The notes beneath the pieces are model-generated. The model was not told the DNA's origin, did no database searches, and saw nothing but the letters and a program-made list of their open reading frames with translations. From positions 195,827 through 259,826 of the forward strand of contig JBGAML010000006.1 of NCBI GenBank assembly GCA_044223005.1: a stretch of DNA of 64,000 bases, read 5' to 3'. Below, piece by piece: positions 21,196-30,800 of this stretch. The stretch is from Candidatus Eiseniibacteriota bacterium (GTDB lineage: Bacteria > Eisenbacteria > RBG-16-71-46). The translations under genes and the position numbers were made by a program. How positions within the stretch are numbered: position 1 is the stretch's first letter; every line of letters begins with the position of its first letter.

Positions 21196-22260
21196 TCAGG
21201 CGGACTCGAGCGCGGCCAGGACCAGGTCGCCGACGGCTCGCGTCCCCACGCCGGAGTCCATGCCGAGGTCGGGCAGCTTCCCGGAGCGCAGGACGCGGAC
21301 GACGGCGGCCTCCACCCGGGCCGCCGCGCGGGGCTCGCCGAGGTACTCGAGCATCATGGCCACGGCCATGATCGTGGCCATGGGATTGGCCCGGTCCTGC
21401 CCCGCGAACTGTGGCGCCGAGCCGTGGATCGACTCGAACAGGCTCGTCCGGCCGGGATGCAGGTTCGCGCTCGCGGCGAGCCCGAGGCCGCCGACCAGCG
21501 CGGCTCCGAGATCGGTGAAGATGTCGCCGAACATGTTGCTCGTCACGACGGTGTCGTACTGCTCCGGCTGCGTGACGACGAACATGCACGCGGCGTCGAT
21601 GTACTGGTGCCGCCGCTCGACGTCCGGGTACTCGGCGCCGATCTCGGCGAACGCGCGCGTCCAGAGTTCCATGGCGCGGATCGCGTTCGCCTTGGTGAGC
21701 AGCGTGAGCGAGCGGCGGCGTGCACGCGCGCGGCAGAGATCGAACGCGAAGCGCAGTACGCGCTCGACGCCCTTGCGCGTGAACAGGATCTCCTGCGTCG
21801 CGATCTCGTCGGGCGTGCCCTTCTTGAACTGGCCCCACATGCCGGCGTAGGCGTCTTCGGTGTTCTCGCGCACGACCACGAAGTCGAGATGCTCGGGCCC
21901 CTTGCCCTTGAGCGGCGTGAACGCGGAATCGTAGAGCTTGACCGGCCGCACGTTCGCGTACAGGTCGAGCTCGAAGCGGAGCTTGCCGACGATGCCGAAC
22001 TCCAGCGTGCCGGGCGTGACGCGCGGATCGCCGATCGCGCCGAGCAGGACGGCGTCGTGGCCGCGAATCTCGGCGAACGCGGACTCGGGCAGGATCTCGC
22101 CGGTCTTCAGGAAGTGCTCGGCGCCGAACGGATACGTGGTGCGCTCGAAGCGCAGGCCTTCCAGCTGCTCGATGCGATCGAGCACGCGCAGGCCTTCACG
22201 CACGACCTCGGGGCCGATGCCGTCGCCGGGAACGACCGCGATGCGCCGCATGCGGGTCAC
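21196..22260 (-). CDS. leuB: 3-isopropylmalate dehydrogenase (isocitrate/isopropylmalate dehydrogenase family)
   Basis: PGDGIGPEV, GAIGDP, LRFELDLYANVRP, VRENTEDAY, NMFGDIFTD, FESIHGSAP, ANPMA; GTG start after GAGGAG. Confidence 0.8.
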   Translation of the reverse strand: MTRMRRIAVVPGDGIGPEVVREGLRVLDRIEQLEGLRFERTTYPFGAEHFLKTGEILPESAFAEIRGHDAVLLGAIGDPRVTPGTLEFGIVGKLRFELDLYANVRPVKLYDSAFTPLKGKGPEHLDFVVVRENTEDAYAGMWGQFKKGTPDEIATQEILFTRKGVERVLRFAFDLCRARARRRSLTLLTKANAIRAMELWTRAFAEIGAEYPDVERRHQYIDAACMFVVTQPEQYDTVVTSNMFGDIFTDLGAALVGGLGLAASANLHPGRTSLFESIHGSAPQFAGQDRANPMATIMAVAMMLEYLGEPRAAARVEAAVVRVLRSGKLPDLGMDSGVGTRAVGDLVLAALESA

Positions 22261-22288
22261 GGGAACTCCTCGCGGGCCGGGCCCGCGG

Positions 22289-23500
22289 TCAGGGTTGGAG
22301 CGAGTACTCGACGTTGATCCAGACGCGCGCCGCATGCCCGGAGCGCACCGCGGGCTTGAAGCGCCAGTGTTCGGAGAGCTCCATCATCCGGTGCATCAGC
22401 AGCGGCGAGATGCGCGCCGGCGGCAGGTAGGGGAACTCGACCGCGAGCGCCCGCCCGGACTCGTCGACCAGCGCCGAGGCTTCGATGCTGAGCGTCGAGG
22501 CGAGCTGCATGCGCGCCCGGTCCTCGTCGCCGAGCTTGAGCGTCGGCAGGCCGCCGTAGAGGCCGGGGATCTGGTCCATGGGGAGCGTCTCGACGAGCTT
22601 GGGCCCGATGGGCGGGATCAGCGCGGTCGCGCGGCGGCCGCCGCTGAGGAAGCGATCGGGCAGCGAGTCCGGCTTCGCGGCGGGGTTCGCGAGGCGCACG
22701 AGCGAGAGCGCGGCGGTACGCGCCACCGAGTCGCGCTCGATCGCCGCGACGAAGCAGCGCCGCGCGAGCGCGCGATCGCCGTCGCGCCACGCCCAGAGCC
22801 CGCGCAGCTCGTACGCCTCGGGCAGCGTCGGATCGAGCCCGAGCGCGAGCGAGGACTCCTCGCGGGCGAGCGCGGCGTCGCCCGCGCGGCCGGCCGCGAC
22901 GGCGAGCAGCAGATGGTCCCGGCCCGACAGCGGGAACGCGCGCGTCGCGACGTGGGCCGCGGCGACCGCCTCGTCCCAGCGCCGCAGGCGCAGCGCCAGT
23001 TCGGCGCGCGCGCGGGCGATCGTCCAGTACCAGCCGTCGAAGCGGCCGTTGATCCACGTGCGGTCGCGCCCGGGCCCGATCGGGTGCCACTGGTTGGAGT
23101 GCGTGCTGTCGGCGAGCGCGGCCTCGAGGATCGGCGAGTGCAGGCGCGCCCACGCGCTGTCGGTCGCGCCCGAGCGCGCCTCGTCGAGCGCCAGCGCGAC
23201 CTCGAGGTCGGCGTCGGGAGGCACGAGCGCGCGGAGCTCCTTCAGCGTCGCCGCGGCGCGGGCGTACGCGAGCTCGTCCTCGCGCTCGCGCGCCTGCTCG
23301 GCCAGCAGCGTCGGCGATGCGCCGGCGGGCCGAGCGGGCGTGGCGGTGCGCGGCGCCGCCGTCGCGGGCTTGCGCGGCAGCGGCCGGCGCGCGGCCGGCG
23401 GCGGCGCCGCGAGCGCGGCCAGCGCGCCGGCGGCGGCGAGGGCGAGCAGCAGGGCGAAAACGAGCGGGAGCGAGGCGGGACGAAGGCGATGGAGTTTCAT
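22289..23500 (-). CDS. Exported TPR-like protein with a TonB C-terminal-like domain
   Basis: Signal peptide, Pro/Ala linker, helical repeats (ALGLDPTLPEAYELRG), C-terminal VDESGRA...WRFKPAVRSGHAARVWINVEYSL. Confidence 0.65.
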   Translation of the reverse strand: MKLHRLRPASLPLVFALLLALAAAGALAALAAPPPAARRPLPRKPATAAPRTATPARPAGASPTLLAEQAREREDELAYARAAATLKELRALVPPDADLEVALALDEARSGATDSAWARLHSPILEAALADSTHSNQWHPIGPGRDRTWINGRFDGWYWTIARARAELALRLRRWDEAVAAAHVATRAFPLSGRDHLLLAVAAGRAGDAALAREESSLALGLDPTLPEAYELRGLWAWRDGDRALARRCFVAAIERDSVARTAALSLVRLANPAAKPDSLPDRFLSGGRRATALIPPIGPKLVETLPMDQIPGLYGGLPTLKLGDEDRARMQLASTLSIEASALVDESGRALAVEFPYLPPARISPLLMHRMMELSEHWRFKPAVRSGHAARVWINVEYSLQP

Positions 23501-23534
23501 GCGCGATCTTGGAGCGAGGGAATGGGGGAGTCGT

Positions 23535-24776
23535 TCAGGGGACGCGGGTCTCCGCGAGCGCGGCGAGCACGGCGTGGATCTCGTCGTCGGTGAGCAGGCG
23601 ATCGACGCTCTTGGCGCGCTGGAACACGGCCTGCACGCGCTCACGCGTGGGTTCGATGCGGCGCGTCTCGAGCCAGTACACGACGTTGCTCTCGCCGCTC
23701 ATCGGGCCGACCTCGATCTCCTGGCGCCGGCCGATCAGTCCCGCGGGCACGCCCGAGTAGACGCGGTCCGCGAGCCAGTCCTCGCCCTTGCGGTAGGCCT
23801 TGATCACCGCCGCCGCGTGGACGCCGGTGCCGGTGCGGAACGCGTCCGCGCCGACCATGGGGTAGTTCACGGGAATCGGCACCTGCGTGTACGTGGACGT
23901 CTTCTCGCAGTACTCGGTGAGCGCGGTGAGGTCGTTGGGAATCCACCCGAGGAGCTTGAGGTTCACGAGCAGCTGGTCCATGGGCGTGTTGCCGACGCGC
24001 TCGCCGATGCCGATCGCGCAGCCGTGCACGCGCGTCGCGCCGGCTCGGATGGCGGCGATGGTGTTGATCACCGCGAAGCCGCGGTCGGAGTGGCCGTGCC
24101 AGTCGATCCCGACGCGCCGGCCGCTCTCCTGCACGACCTCGTGCGTGAATCCGAGCAGGTTGCGGACCCCCGACGGCGTCGCGTGGCCGACCGTGTCGCA
24201 GAGGCAGAGCCGCTTCGCGCCGCATTCGATCGCGGCGAGGAACAGCCGCCGCAGCGTGGCCGGATGCGCGCGGATGGTGTCCTCGGTGACGTACATCACG
24301 TCGAGCCCGTGCTGCGTCGCGAACGTGACGGCCTCGCGCGTGTGCTGCAGCATCACGTCCTCGGTCCAGTTCTCCGCGTACTGGCGGATGGGCGAGGAGC
24401 CGATGAACGTGCACACCTCGATCGGCAGGCCGACCTTCTGCGACACCTCGACCACCGGCTCGATGTCGCGCACGACGGTCCGCGCGGCGCAGTTGGCGCG
24501 GATCGAGAGCTTCGCCGAGACGATCTCCTGCGCCAGGGCGGTGACGTCGCGGACCACGTGCGGCCCGGCGCCCGGAAGCCCGATGTCGGCCGTGTCGATC
24601 CCGAGCCGGTCCATGAGGTGGAGCAGCTCGATCTTCTGGTCGATCGTCGGCGTCATCACCGACGGCGACTGCAGGCCGTCGCGCAGCGTCTCGTCGTCGA
24701 ACTGGATCCGGAACGGCGGCTGGTCCCACACCTCGCCGGCCAGGTTCCAGTCGTAGATCAGCTCGCGTTCGTCCAT
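23535..24776 (-). CDS. leuA: 2-isopropylmalate/homocitrate synthase family (DRE-TIM) enzyme lacking the C-terminal regulatory domain
   Basis: DETLRDGLQ, LCDTVG, HGHSDRG, GIGERVGN, GVHAAA, GPMSG; about 413 aa. Confidence 0.72.
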   Translation of the reverse strand: MDERELIYDWNLAGEVWDQPPFRIQFDDETLRDGLQSPSVMTPTIDQKIELLHLMDRLGIDTADIGLPGAGPHVVRDVTALAQEIVSAKLSIRANCAARTVVRDIEPVVEVSQKVGLPIEVCTFIGSSPIRQYAENWTEDVMLQHTREAVTFATQHGLDVMYVTEDTIRAHPATLRRLFLAAIECGAKRLCLCDTVGHATPSGVRNLLGFTHEVVQESGRRVGIDWHGHSDRGFAVINTIAAIRAGATRVHGCAIGIGERVGNTPMDQLLVNLKLLGWIPNDLTALTEYCEKTSTYTQVPIPVNYPMVGADAFRTGTGVHAAAVIKAYRKGEDWLADRVYSGVPAGLIGRRQEIEVGPMSGESNVVYWLETRRIEPTRERVQAVFQRAKSVDRLLTDDEIHAVLAALAETRVP

Positions 24777-24854
24777 CGGAGGCTCCTGCGCTGGGGGCAC
24801 GACGAGGACCCGTGCGATTCCGGGGCCGAGGATACCGTCCCGAAGCCCGGCCGG

Positions 24855-26078
24855 CTACGCCCGTTCGACCAGCACGGCCATGCCCTGGCCGCCGCCGATG
24901 CAGGCGCTCGCGATGCCGAACTTCTTGCCGCGCTTGCCCAGTTCGATGAGCAGCGTGTAGAGGAGCCGCGTTCCCGTCGCGCCGAGCGGATGGCCGAGGC
25001 CGATCGCGCCACCGTTGACGTTCACCTTCTCGCGATCGAGGTCGAGGTCCTTCTCCACGGCGAGGTACTGGCCCGCGAAGGCCTCGTTGATCTCGAACAG
25101 GTCGACCTGGTCGAGCTTCATCCCGGTCCGCTCGAGCACCTTGCGGATCGCGGGCGCCGGCCCGAAGCCCATCGTCGCCGGCTCCACGCCGACGTACGAC
25201 CAGCCGCGCACGAACCCGATCGGCTTGCGGCCTTCCTTCTGCGCGTTGCCGGCCGTGGTGACGACGAGCGCGGCCGCGCCGTCCACGACGCCGCTCGCGT
25301 TGCCCGCGGTGACCATGGACTCGGGCCCGAACGCGGCCGGCAAAGCCGCGAGTCGCTCGATGCTCGTGCTGGGGAAGAGGTGGTCGTCCTTGTCCACCGA
25401 CGACGTCTTCTTGCCCTGGCGCACCTCGACCGGGACGATCTCCTCGGCGAAGCGGCCGTTGTTGTTCGCCTCGTTGGCGCGCTCGTGCGAGCGCAGCGCG
25501 AACTGGTCCTGCTGCTCGCGCGAGATGCCGTACTTGCGCGCGAGGTTGTCGCTCGTCTGCGCCATGAAGAAGCCGCACATGGTGTCCTTGAGCGCCACGA
25601 ACAGCGAGTCCTCGAGCGCCGCGCCGGGCCCGAGACGGAAGCCGCTGCGCGCGCCGCGCACGACGTGGGGGGCCTGGCTCATGTTCTCCATGCCGCCGGC
25701 GACGATCCAGTTGGCCTCGCCGAGCTGCAGCAACTGCGCCGCGCTCACGACCGACTGCAGGCCGGAGCCGCAGAGACGGTTCACGGTGAGCGCCGGGCAC
25801 TCGGTGTCGAGGCCGGCCTTGAGCGCCACGTGCCGCGCGCCGTAGAGCGCGTCGCCCGAAGTCTGGAGCGCGTTGCCCATCACGACGTGGTCGAAGATGC
25901 CGGGCGGCAGGTCCGCGCGCTCGATGGCGGCGCGAGCGGCAGCGGCGCCCAGGTCGAGAGCCGAGACGCTCGCGAGCGCGCCGCCGTTCAGGCCGTCGCC
26001 TCGCTTGCCGCCGATCCACTCGGCCATGGGAGTGCGGGCGCCGGAGATGATGACGACTTCGGGCAGGGCGTTCGACAC
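24855..26078 (-). CDS. Acetyl-CoA C-acyltransferase (thiolase)
   Basis: GARTP, NRLCGSG (catalytic Cys), TAGNASG, EINEAFA, GHPLGATG, CIGGGQG; GTG start after GAGG. Confidence 0.95.
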   Translation of the reverse strand: MSNALPEVVIISGARTPMAEWIGGKRGDGLNGGALASVSALDLGAAAARAAIERADLPPGIFDHVVMGNALQTSGDALYGARHVALKAGLDTECPALTVNRLCGSGLQSVVSAAQLLQLGEANWIVAGGMENMSQAPHVVRGARSGFRLGPGAALEDSLFVALKDTMCGFFMAQTSDNLARKYGISREQQDQFALRSHERANEANNNGRFAEEIVPVEVRQGKKTSSVDKDDHLFPSTSIERLAALPAAFGPESMVTAGNASGVVDGAAALVVTTAGNAQKEGRKPIGFVRGWSYVGVEPATMGFGPAPAIRKVLERTGMKLDQVDLFEINEAFAGQYLAVEKDLDLDREKVNVNGGAIGLGHPLGATGTRLLYTLLIELGKRGKKFGIASACIGGGQGMAVLVERA

Positions 26079-26394
26079 GGGTGGATCCTCCGGAAGGACG
26101 GGGCTGGGCCAGTTGAGATGCCGCGAAGGGCCGGAAGGTAGCAGAGCGTCGGGAGGCGTCAACGGCCGGGCGGGAGGGGCCGGCGGAAGCGTGCGGCGGT
26201 GGCCCGCGATGCGGTGCGCGCGTTCGAGCGGAGGGTGAGCGCGTGGCTCGGGGAGCTCGAGAAGCGGAAGTTCGGTTCGGAACGGCGAGCGTCGCGGCCG
26301 GCGCCTGCGCCCGAAGGTGCGGCGTCGGGCGCACCGCTCCCGCCGCCGCGATCGACGGGGCCCCGGGTGCGCGGGCCGTGCTACCTTCGCTCGC

Positions 26395-26814
26395 ATGAAA
26401 TCCCACACCGAGTACCTGTGGATGAACGTGCCCGAGCGGCGCGCGTTCGTGAACATCACCCGCGAGGTCGCGGCCGCCGTCGAGAAGTCCGGCGTGCGCG
26501 AAGGACTCGTGCTGGTCAACGCCATGCATATCTCGGCGAGCGTGTTCATCAACGACGACGAATCCGGGCTGCACCACGACTACGATGTGTGGCTCGAGAA
26601 GCTCGCGCCGCACGCGCCCACGTCACAGTACCGGCACAACGACACGGGCGAGGACAACGCCGACGCGCACCTCAAGCGCCAGGTGATGGGGCGCGAGGTC
26701 GTGGTGGCGATCACGAAGGGCCAGCTCGATTTCGGGCCGTGGGAGCAGGTCTTCTACGGCGAGTTCGACGGTGGCCGCCGGAAGCGCATCCTCATCAAGG
26801 TGATCGGCGAATGA
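26395..26814 (+). CDS. yjbQ: YjbQ/UPF0047 family protein
   Basis: [37 protein letters not shown]. Confidence 0.92.
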   Translation: MKSHTEYLWMNVPERRAFVNITREVAAAVEKSGVREGLVLVNAMHISASVFINDDESGLHHDYDVWLEKLAPHAPTSQYRHNDTGEDNADAHLKRQVMGREVVVAITKGQLDFGPWEQVFYGEFDGGRRKRILIKVIGE

Positions 26815-27302
26815 CGCGAGTGACCGTGCGCCCCGTGCGCCGCGAAGACATGCCGCAAGTGTGGACGATGGTGCGCGAGCTCGCCGTGTTCGAGAAGCTC
26901 GAGGACATGGTGACGGGCAGCGAGGCCGCGATGTCGCGCGCGCTGTTCGACACGCCACCGATGCTGTTCGGGCTCGTCGCCGAAGTGGACGGCGCGCTCG
27001 TCGGCTACGCGCTCTATCACTTCACGTACTCGTCGTTCCGCACCAATCCGCGCATGTGGCTCGAGGATCTCTACGTGCGCGACACCGCGCGCGGCACCGG
27101 CGCGGGCCGGGCGCTGCTCGCGGGCTTCGTGCGCGACGCGCTCGCGCGCGGCTGCCATCGCGTGGACTGGAACGTGCTCGACTGGAATCCCGCGCGCGCG
27201 TTCTACGAACGCCAGGGCGCAGAGCCGTCGACGGAGGGCTGGACGCAGTACGGCATGGACGCCGACGCCATGCGCGAGCTGGCCCGGGACGAGGGGCGCT
27301 AG
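26811..27302 (+). CDS. GNAT family N-acetyltransferase (SSAT-like)
   Basis: [37 protein letters not shown]-coupled to yjbQ. Confidence 0.9.
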   Translation: MTRVTVRPVRREDMPQVWTMVRELAVFEKLEDMVTGSEAAMSRALFDTPPMLFGLVAEVDGALVGYALYHFTYSSFRTNPRMWLEDLYVRDTARGTGAGRALLAGFVRDALARGCHRVDWNVLDWNPARAFYERQGAEPSTEGWTQYGMDADAMRELARDEGR

Positions 27303-27540
27303 CCCCGGACTGTCGGTCCAGACGACAGTTCTTCGGGAACCGGCATTCGTCAGGCTGGGCCGAACCCGCCGCAATCCGGGACAAAACTCATCCATCGCGT
27401 CAGATGGCTGCCGCATCGCGTTCCGGGCACCGCACTTGCAGTGACACCCCCGCGGAGTGGTGTGCCCGCGGGGAGGCCGTTGGCTCGTGCCAGGGTGGCG
27501 CGAGGGCCCGAGGGGACGGAGCCGCTCCGCGGAGCCCATC

Positions 27541-30252
27541 ATGCCGAGCCCCAATCGCAGCGCACGTGCCCCCCGAGTGCTGCCCTTCCTGTTCTCGCTC
27601 ACCTTCACGCTGCTCGCCGTGCACGGATCGCACGCGACGCCGTCGTGGGTGACGCAGGTGCCGCCCGAGAAGCTGCTCCAGTTCCAGCCGCGCTCCGCGG
27701 ACGACTTCGCGCGCTTCGCGCAGGAGGTCGGCCTCGACGCGAGCGCGCGTCGTGCCGGTAGCATCGCCGCGGCGGAACCGGCGAGCGCGCTCACGGGCGT
27801 CGGCCTCTGGCGCGAGTGGGGACCGCCGGTGCGCGCGGGACACACGATCGTGTTCGATACGCGCCGTCATCGCGAGATCCTGCTCGGCGGCCTCGGTGTG
27901 TACGATCCACAGGGGACGGTGTGGATGCGCTCGCTGCCCGGCGGCCAATGGGCGCCGCTCACGCACCTGCCCTGGGTCGTGACCTCGGCCGACGGACTCG
28001 GCGCCGAACTCGGTGCCGTCTACGATTCGGTCGGCGACCGGCTCGTCGTGCTCCACGCGGACGGCCAGTTCGAACTGGACGCGCTGCCCCTCGGCGCGGC
28101 ACCCGTCTGGTCGCACCTTTGGACCGGGCCGAGCACCGCGAACGGTGCCCTGGCGGGATTCGCTCTCGACTCGCAGCGAAACGCCGTCGTCCTGCTTGGC
28201 GTGTGGGACTCCGCGGCGAGCGCGCATCGCGTGATCCGCGTGCCTCTCGCCGATCCGACTGGCTGGATCTCCATGCTGACGTCGGGGGCGCAGCCGGCGC
28301 CGACGCGCAGCGGCGTTGCCGTCTATGACGAGACACGTGACGCGTACGACGTCCTCTTCGATCCGAGCGCCTCGTCCATCACCGGAGGGACCGCGCTCTA
28401 TTCCACTCCGGCCGGCGGGACGATGGCGTGGACCGCGATCCCGCTCCCGGGATTCCCGTCGGGCTCGCCGCGCCGAATGGTCCGTGATGCCGCGACGGAT
28501 CGCCTGATCCTCGTCGACGAGACCTGCGCGGCGCTCGGCGTCTCCATGACCGGCGGCGCGTGGCAGTGGCTCACCGCCCGCGGGCCGGGTTCCCGCTACG
28601 ATGCGGCCGTGGCGTTCGATCCCGTGACGCGTCACCTCGTACTCGATGGTGGCACCTGGCAGCCGAGCCTCTCCCAGCCGAGCACGTTCGCGCCGCTCGC
28701 CTACGGTGCGAGCGTCGACTCGGGTGTCGCGTGGACGCAGGTCCAGCCCATGACGGGGCCGGCCGCGTGGACGCCCGAGGGCGATCCAGGGCTTGGATCC
28801 CGCATCTGGCACGAAGTCGTCCTCGACCCGATCGGCGACCAGCTCGTGGCCTACGGCGGCGCCGGCTGGTTCGGCGACCCCGGCTTCACGGCCGTGCGCG
28901 CGCTGAACGAGACCGGCGGCTGGCGCGCGCAGGGCACCGGTTCGGACTCGCTGCCGCGCCGCCGCTTCGCGCAGCAGGTCGTCTTCGATCCCGAGCATCA
29001 CGCGTTGCTGCTGTACGGCGGCCAGGCGACCGACGGCACGGGCGACATGCTCGCCGACCTGTGGTCGCTCTCGCTCGATCCGGGCGGGCACTGGACCCGG
29101 CTTTCCGCGCCGGGCGGTCCCGGCGTGCGGCGCAACGCGTCGCTCTGTTACGACGCGTCGCGGCACCGGTTCGTGCTCGCGGGAGGCGACGATCTGCACG
29201 ACTACTTCTACGACGCGTGGGAGCTGAAGCTCGATCCCACGCCCACGTGGCGAGCGCTCTCCGTGACCGGCGCGGTGCCGGCGTATCCGAACCTGGTCGC
29301 GGACCCTGCCGTGGGAGATGCGTGGTGCGCGTTCTACGGGCCGGTCATGCTGCGTCATGTCACGGTGACGGACGACGGGCTCGCCTATGAAGATGTGCCT
29401 GCCATCGGCTCCGAGGCACTGCTCGGCCGTACGCCCGCGCTCGCGGGGTTCGACCCTTCGCAGCACCGGTTGCTGTGGCTGGGAACCGGATCGAATACCT
29501 CCAACGTCAACCTCGGGCAGATCTGGACGACGACGCTCGGCGCGACGGCGACGTGGCAAACGAGTTCGATCTCCGGCATCACGCCGACCTGGCGCTCGCT
29601 CATGGGATCGCTCTACGACGCGAACGGCCACCGGCTGGTCATGGTCGGCGGCTACCAGGACAACGGGGCTTACTTCGGCGACACGTGGTCGCTCGATCTC
29701 GCCGACCTGCCCACCGCCACGCAGGTCTCGCTCGCTCAGTCCACCAGCGACGCGGCCGGCGTGACGCTGCGCTGGATCGTCGCGGGCGGCGCGGCGAGCG
29801 CGGAAGTCGAGCGCAGCGACGACGGGCAGGCGTGGTGCTTCGCGGGTGACGCGGTGCGCGAAGGGCAGGAGGCGTGGCGCTTCACCGGCGCGCCGCTCGC
29901 GGCGGGTGCGCGCGCGGCGTACCGACTCGTCGTGCACGACGGCGCGTCGTCCCTGACCAGTGCGGCGGCGTGGCTCGACGGACCGGCGAGCACGCGCGCG
30001 GGCCTCGCGCTCGCGCCGATCTCGAACCCGGTGCGCGGCGCCGTGTCGATGCGCTTCACGCTGCCGAACGCGGCGCCTGCGACGCTGCGGCTGCTGGACG
30101 TCTCCGGCCGCGTGGTGGGCGAGGAGCATGTTCCGGCGGGTGCGGTGGCGTGGACATTCGCGTCGCGACCCGCGGCGGGCCTCTACTTCGCGGAGATCGC
30201 GCAGGGCGCCGAGCGGCGCACGGCGCGCGTGGTGCTACTCGGCGGGCGGTAG
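27541..30252 (+). CDS. Secreted kelch-like beta-propeller protein with a T9SS-like C-terminal domain
   Basis: Signal peptide; repeated [YF]D..R.RLxxxGG...DxWxL units; C-terminus NPVRG..RFTLP..LRLLDVSGRVV...AGLYF. Confidence 0.8.
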   Translation: MPSPNRSARAPRVLPFLFSLTFTLLAVHGSHATPSWVTQVPPEKLLQFQPRSADDFARFAQEVGLDASARRAGSIAAAEPASALTGVGLWREWGPPVRAGHTIVFDTRRHREILLGGLGVYDPQGTVWMRSLPGGQWAPLTHLPWVVTSADGLGAELGAVYDSVGDRLVVLHADGQFELDALPLGAAPVWSHLWTGPSTANGALAGFALDSQRNAVVLLGVWDSAASAHRVIRVPLADPTGWISMLTSGAQPAPTRSGVAVYDETRDAYDVLFDPSASSITGGTALYSTPAGGTMAWTAIPLPGFPSGSPRRMVRDAATDRLILVDETCAALGVSMTGGAWQWLTARGPGSRYDAAVAFDPVTRHLVLDGGTWQPSLSQPSTFAPLAYGASVDSGVAWTQVQPMTGPAAWTPEGDPGLGSRIWHEVVLDPIGDQLVAYGGAGWFGDPGFTAVRALNETGGWRAQGTGSDSLPRRRFAQQVVFDPEHHALLLYGGQATDGTGDMLADLWSLSLDPGGHWTRLSAPGGPGVRRNASLCYDASRHRFVLAGGDDLHDYFYDAWELKLDPTPTWRALSVTGAVPAYPNLVADPAVGDAWCAFYGPVMLRHVTVTDDGLAYEDVPAIGSEALLGRTPALAGFDPSQHRLLWLGTGSNTSNVNLGQIWTTTLGATATWQTSSISGITPTWRSLMGSLYDANGHRLVMVGGYQDNGAYFGDTWSLDLADLPTATQVSLAQSTSDAAGVTLRWIVAGGAASAEVERSDDGQAWCFAGDAVREGQEAWRFTGAPLAAGARAAYRLVVHDGASSLTSAAAWLDGPASTRAGLALAPISNPVRGAVSMRFTLPNAAPATLRLLDVSGRVVGEEHVPAGAVAWTFASRPAAGLYFAEIAQGAERRTARVVLLGGR

Positions 30253-30798
30253 TGATTCCAGCCGGGCCCGCATCGGAGCGGGCAGCGGCTGGGAGAGCAA
30301 CGCGGCGACGGACGCGCGATCCGCGCCGTGCGCGGCGAGGTGGGTGAACAACATCTCGCCGCGCGCCGCCCGCTGTGCCTGCTTGGGGCCGCCTTCCAGC
30401 GCGCCCATCAGCGAGTAGGCGACCGCCCAGCCCTCGAGGCTCCCGAGCGGAACGCCGTTCCACGTGCCCGAGACGAGCGTCGGGATGCGCACGACGCCAC
30501 CGTCCACGAAGAACGCGAAGTTCGCGATCAGCTCGATGCCGTTGGATTCGAGGTTGAGCTTGTGGTCGGCGTGGCAGCCGCTGTTGCCGTACGTCTCGTG
30601 CGGCACGTCCGCGAACACGCGGCGCAGCGTGTCCAGGTCCGCCTCGCACGTGACGTCCCAGTCGTGCACCACGTCCGCCAGCCCGTTCGCCGCCAGCAGC
30701 CCGCTCGCGCCGAGCGCGTGCGGGATCCCCGCAGCCACGAGCCGCGCGAGCGCCGCGTGCAGCGGCGGCAGCGGCGGATGGTCGATCGCGGGCGTCAC
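30235..30798 (-). CDS. Hypothetical protein, possible nucleotidyltransferase (Pol-beta fold)
   Basis: LGASGLL...HDWDV resembles hG[GS]x9-13DhD, with a later IEL as candidate third acidic residue. Starts 2 nt after the proC stop. Confidence 0.55.
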   Translation of the reverse strand: MTPAIDHPPLPPLHAALARLVAAGIPHALGASGLLAANGLADVVHDWDVTCEADLDTLRRVFADVPHETYGNSGCHADHKLNLESNGIELIANFAFFVDGGVVRIPTLVSGTWNGVPLGSLEGWAVAYSLMGALEGGPKQAQRAARGEMLFTHLAAHGADRASVAALLSQPLPAPMRARLESLPPAE

Positions 30799-30800
30799 GG

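Noticed and set aside
22578..26613. Very long alternative-frame ORFs (22578..26141 +, 23641..26613 -)
   Set aside because: They overlap well-supported genes, are low-complexity Arg/Ala/Gly-rich, and are expected from stop-codon scarcity at high GC.
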